The position numbers were made by a program, and so were the translations under genes. A DNA stretch of 64,000 bases from Bigelowiella natans CCMP2755 (lineage: Eukaryota; Protista; Cercozoa), in contig ADNK01001542.1 of assembly GCA_000320545.1 (NCBI GenBank), positions 51,233-115,232 on the forward strand, written 5' to 3'. Within the stretch, counting starts at the first letter, position 1; each line of letters begins with the position of its first letter. Of this stretch, positions 63,930 through 64,000 are shown piece by piece. The notes beneath the pieces were generated by a model. The model was not told where the DNA came from, ran no database searches, and worked only from the letters and a program-made list of their open reading frames with translations.

Positions 63930-64000
63930 CTCTTTTTTTGTTTTCAAAAGGGTTTTTTAAAAAACCCGGTTCTTTTTTTTTCCCCCTTTTTTTTTTTTTT

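Noticed and set aside
80-63947. Numerous 60-170 aa ORFs with CVCVCV, YIYIYI, LSLSLS or poly-L/R runs
   Set aside because: These are translations of intronic microsatellites or antisense shadows of real exons.
63900-64000. Poly-G/poly-T terminal tract
   Set aside because: Typical degraded read or contig end; it is not a telomere repeat.

Overview
This is eukaryotic nuclear DNA: intron-rich, with GT-AG introns full of (TA)n/(CA)n/(GA)n microsatellites, and read with the standard code. One gene has a signal-plus-transit-peptide leader, which suggests an alga with a secondary plastid, possibly a chlorarachniophyte (inference only). About 11 genes were reconstructed by hand, in order: an unidentified minus-strand gene; a near-intronless Kelch-repeat gene with two frame breaks; a ~14 kb NRPS (A[beta-Ala-like, internally deleted]-T-DCL-type C-E-Cy remnant-A[Cys]-T-Cy-T-TE); ATG4; a degenerate EF-hand protein; a probably plastid-targeted CS-domain/cyclophilin fusion; TAF12; TMEM144-like; an AP2-like factor; a thioredoxin-ERGIC/Erv fusion (PDI-C type); SHOC1/Zip2-like; plus a partial unidentified gene at the end. 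Two signals stand out. (1) A region-restricted mutational signature: TpA is almost absent from intergenic and repeat DNA (replaced by TG/CA, with CTAG spared), while introns keep long (TA)n tracts, suggesting an undescribed 'reverse-RIP' A-to-G genome-defence process. (2) A eukaryotic thiazoline-forming NRPS with BlmIV/HMWP2-like logic and a permuted C-E domain order. Exon boundaries were read by eye and need RNA-seq confirmation.
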